A stretch of DNA of 63,947 bases, filler included, from Octopus bimaculoides (Eukaryota), in NCBI RefSeq assembly GCF_001194135.2. It is 7 parts of 6 records of this genome, joined end to end, with 100 filler letters (N's around TTAATTAATTAA, not from the genome) between each part and the next. Parts side by side here need not be neighbours in the genome. Positions count along the whole stretch, not along the records: positions 60,282 to 63,947 come from NC_068983.1; 6 more parts are not named here. One strand, given 5' to 3'. Below the pieces are notes generated by a model, which was given only the letters and a program-made list of their open reading frames with translations, made no database searches and was not told where the DNA came from. The translations under genes were made by a program, and so were the position numbers. Below, one piece after another: positions 63,208 to 63,947 of this stretch (position 1 is its first letter; each line of letters opens with the position of its first letter).

Positions 63208-63705
63208 ATTACATGGAAAAATGCAAGGATGAAAAGTGATGTTCTTAAGATTATAAACCTGGAAAAGTACAGGACAAGTTATTACACATGTAAAAGTATA
63301 GGACAGGCTATTACTTCTAGTAAAGTAAAGAAAGAGAAACTTTTGCTTAAAATATTGTAGCTAAAATTAAAATTTGAATATTAAAACTTATTTCATTATA
63401 GTTTACAAATAACACTATACTTATTTAAGTACAATTTGACAAATTTACTACATTAAATACAGAGAAAAGTAACTAATTAGACAAACTTACAAATTAGCTG
63501 AACAGTTTTGTATAATAAATTTAAAAGATGTAGAAGAACTGGCATTCTTTGCTGCAATAGTATAAGTAAAAAGTTTCTTATTCTTTACATTACTAGAAGT
63601 AAAAGCTTCTCCTATACTTTTCCAGGTGTAATAACTTGTCCTGTACTTATCTAGGTTTGTAATCTTAAGAATATTACATTTCATGCCCGCATTTTTCCAC
63701 GTAAT
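63208..63705. mobile_element. Foldback-like element with ~140-bp imperfect inverted arms built from ~29-bp subrepeats
   Basis: 63208-63349 versus the reverse complement of 63563-63705 (shared TTCTTAAGATT, AAGTACAGGACAAGTTATTACAC, AAAAGTATAGGA, TTACTTCTAGTAA). AT-rich spacer of ~210 bp. Confidence 0.8.
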
Positions 63706-63913
63706 TAGATATCTGTTAGAACATTTCCTGTATCATCAAATTGTTCATACTATTTCCTCAGTACCTTCACGGACATCGCGTATTACCCACTCAATCATTG
63801 TCATTTGCCGCCTTTCTCTCTCTCTCTCTCTTTCTCTCCTTTTCTCTGCCTCTGTCTGTGTGCCCTTCTCTCTTTCCCTCACAGTATATATATATATATA
63901 TGTGTGTGTCTGT

Positions 63914-63947
<34 letters not shown>

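Overview
This is repeat-dense, AT-rich eukaryotic genomic DNA from a gapped short-read scaffold. The SINE, LINE and microsatellite repertoire points to an octopod cephalopod (Octopus sp.); this is inferred from family recognition, not from a search. I found no host protein-coding exon, rRNA, true tRNA gene or CRISPR array, and nearly all ORF-track entries are microsatellite, low-complexity or N-gap read-throughs. The recognisable coding remnants are all from transposons: three CR1-type LINEs, three R4/Dong-type LINEs with a restriction-like endonuclease (RLE), two RTE LINEs, a probable L1/Tx1-type ORF1, Helitron fragments, two maT (DD37D) elements, a mariner, a pogo/Tigger and weak Penelope-like traces. 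About 25 tRNA-derived SINE copies or fragments fall into four families, which I label A-D (my labels). The most unusual structures are: (1) a ~10 kb G-depleted, hierarchically repetitive C/A-rich domain (2150-12120) containing an inverted duplication whose arms show filled versus empty insertion sites; (2) a perfect 79-bp inverted repeat; (3) an inverted-repeat element carrying octamer+CCAAT modules in both arms; (4) an R4/Dong LINE embedded in (CATA)n; (5) a LINE ORF1 that begins inside a SINE head; (6) SINE module swapping and a LINE-SINE shared 3' tail. I do not see evidence for a new multi-gene biological system. The leads concern mobile elements and repeat architecture.
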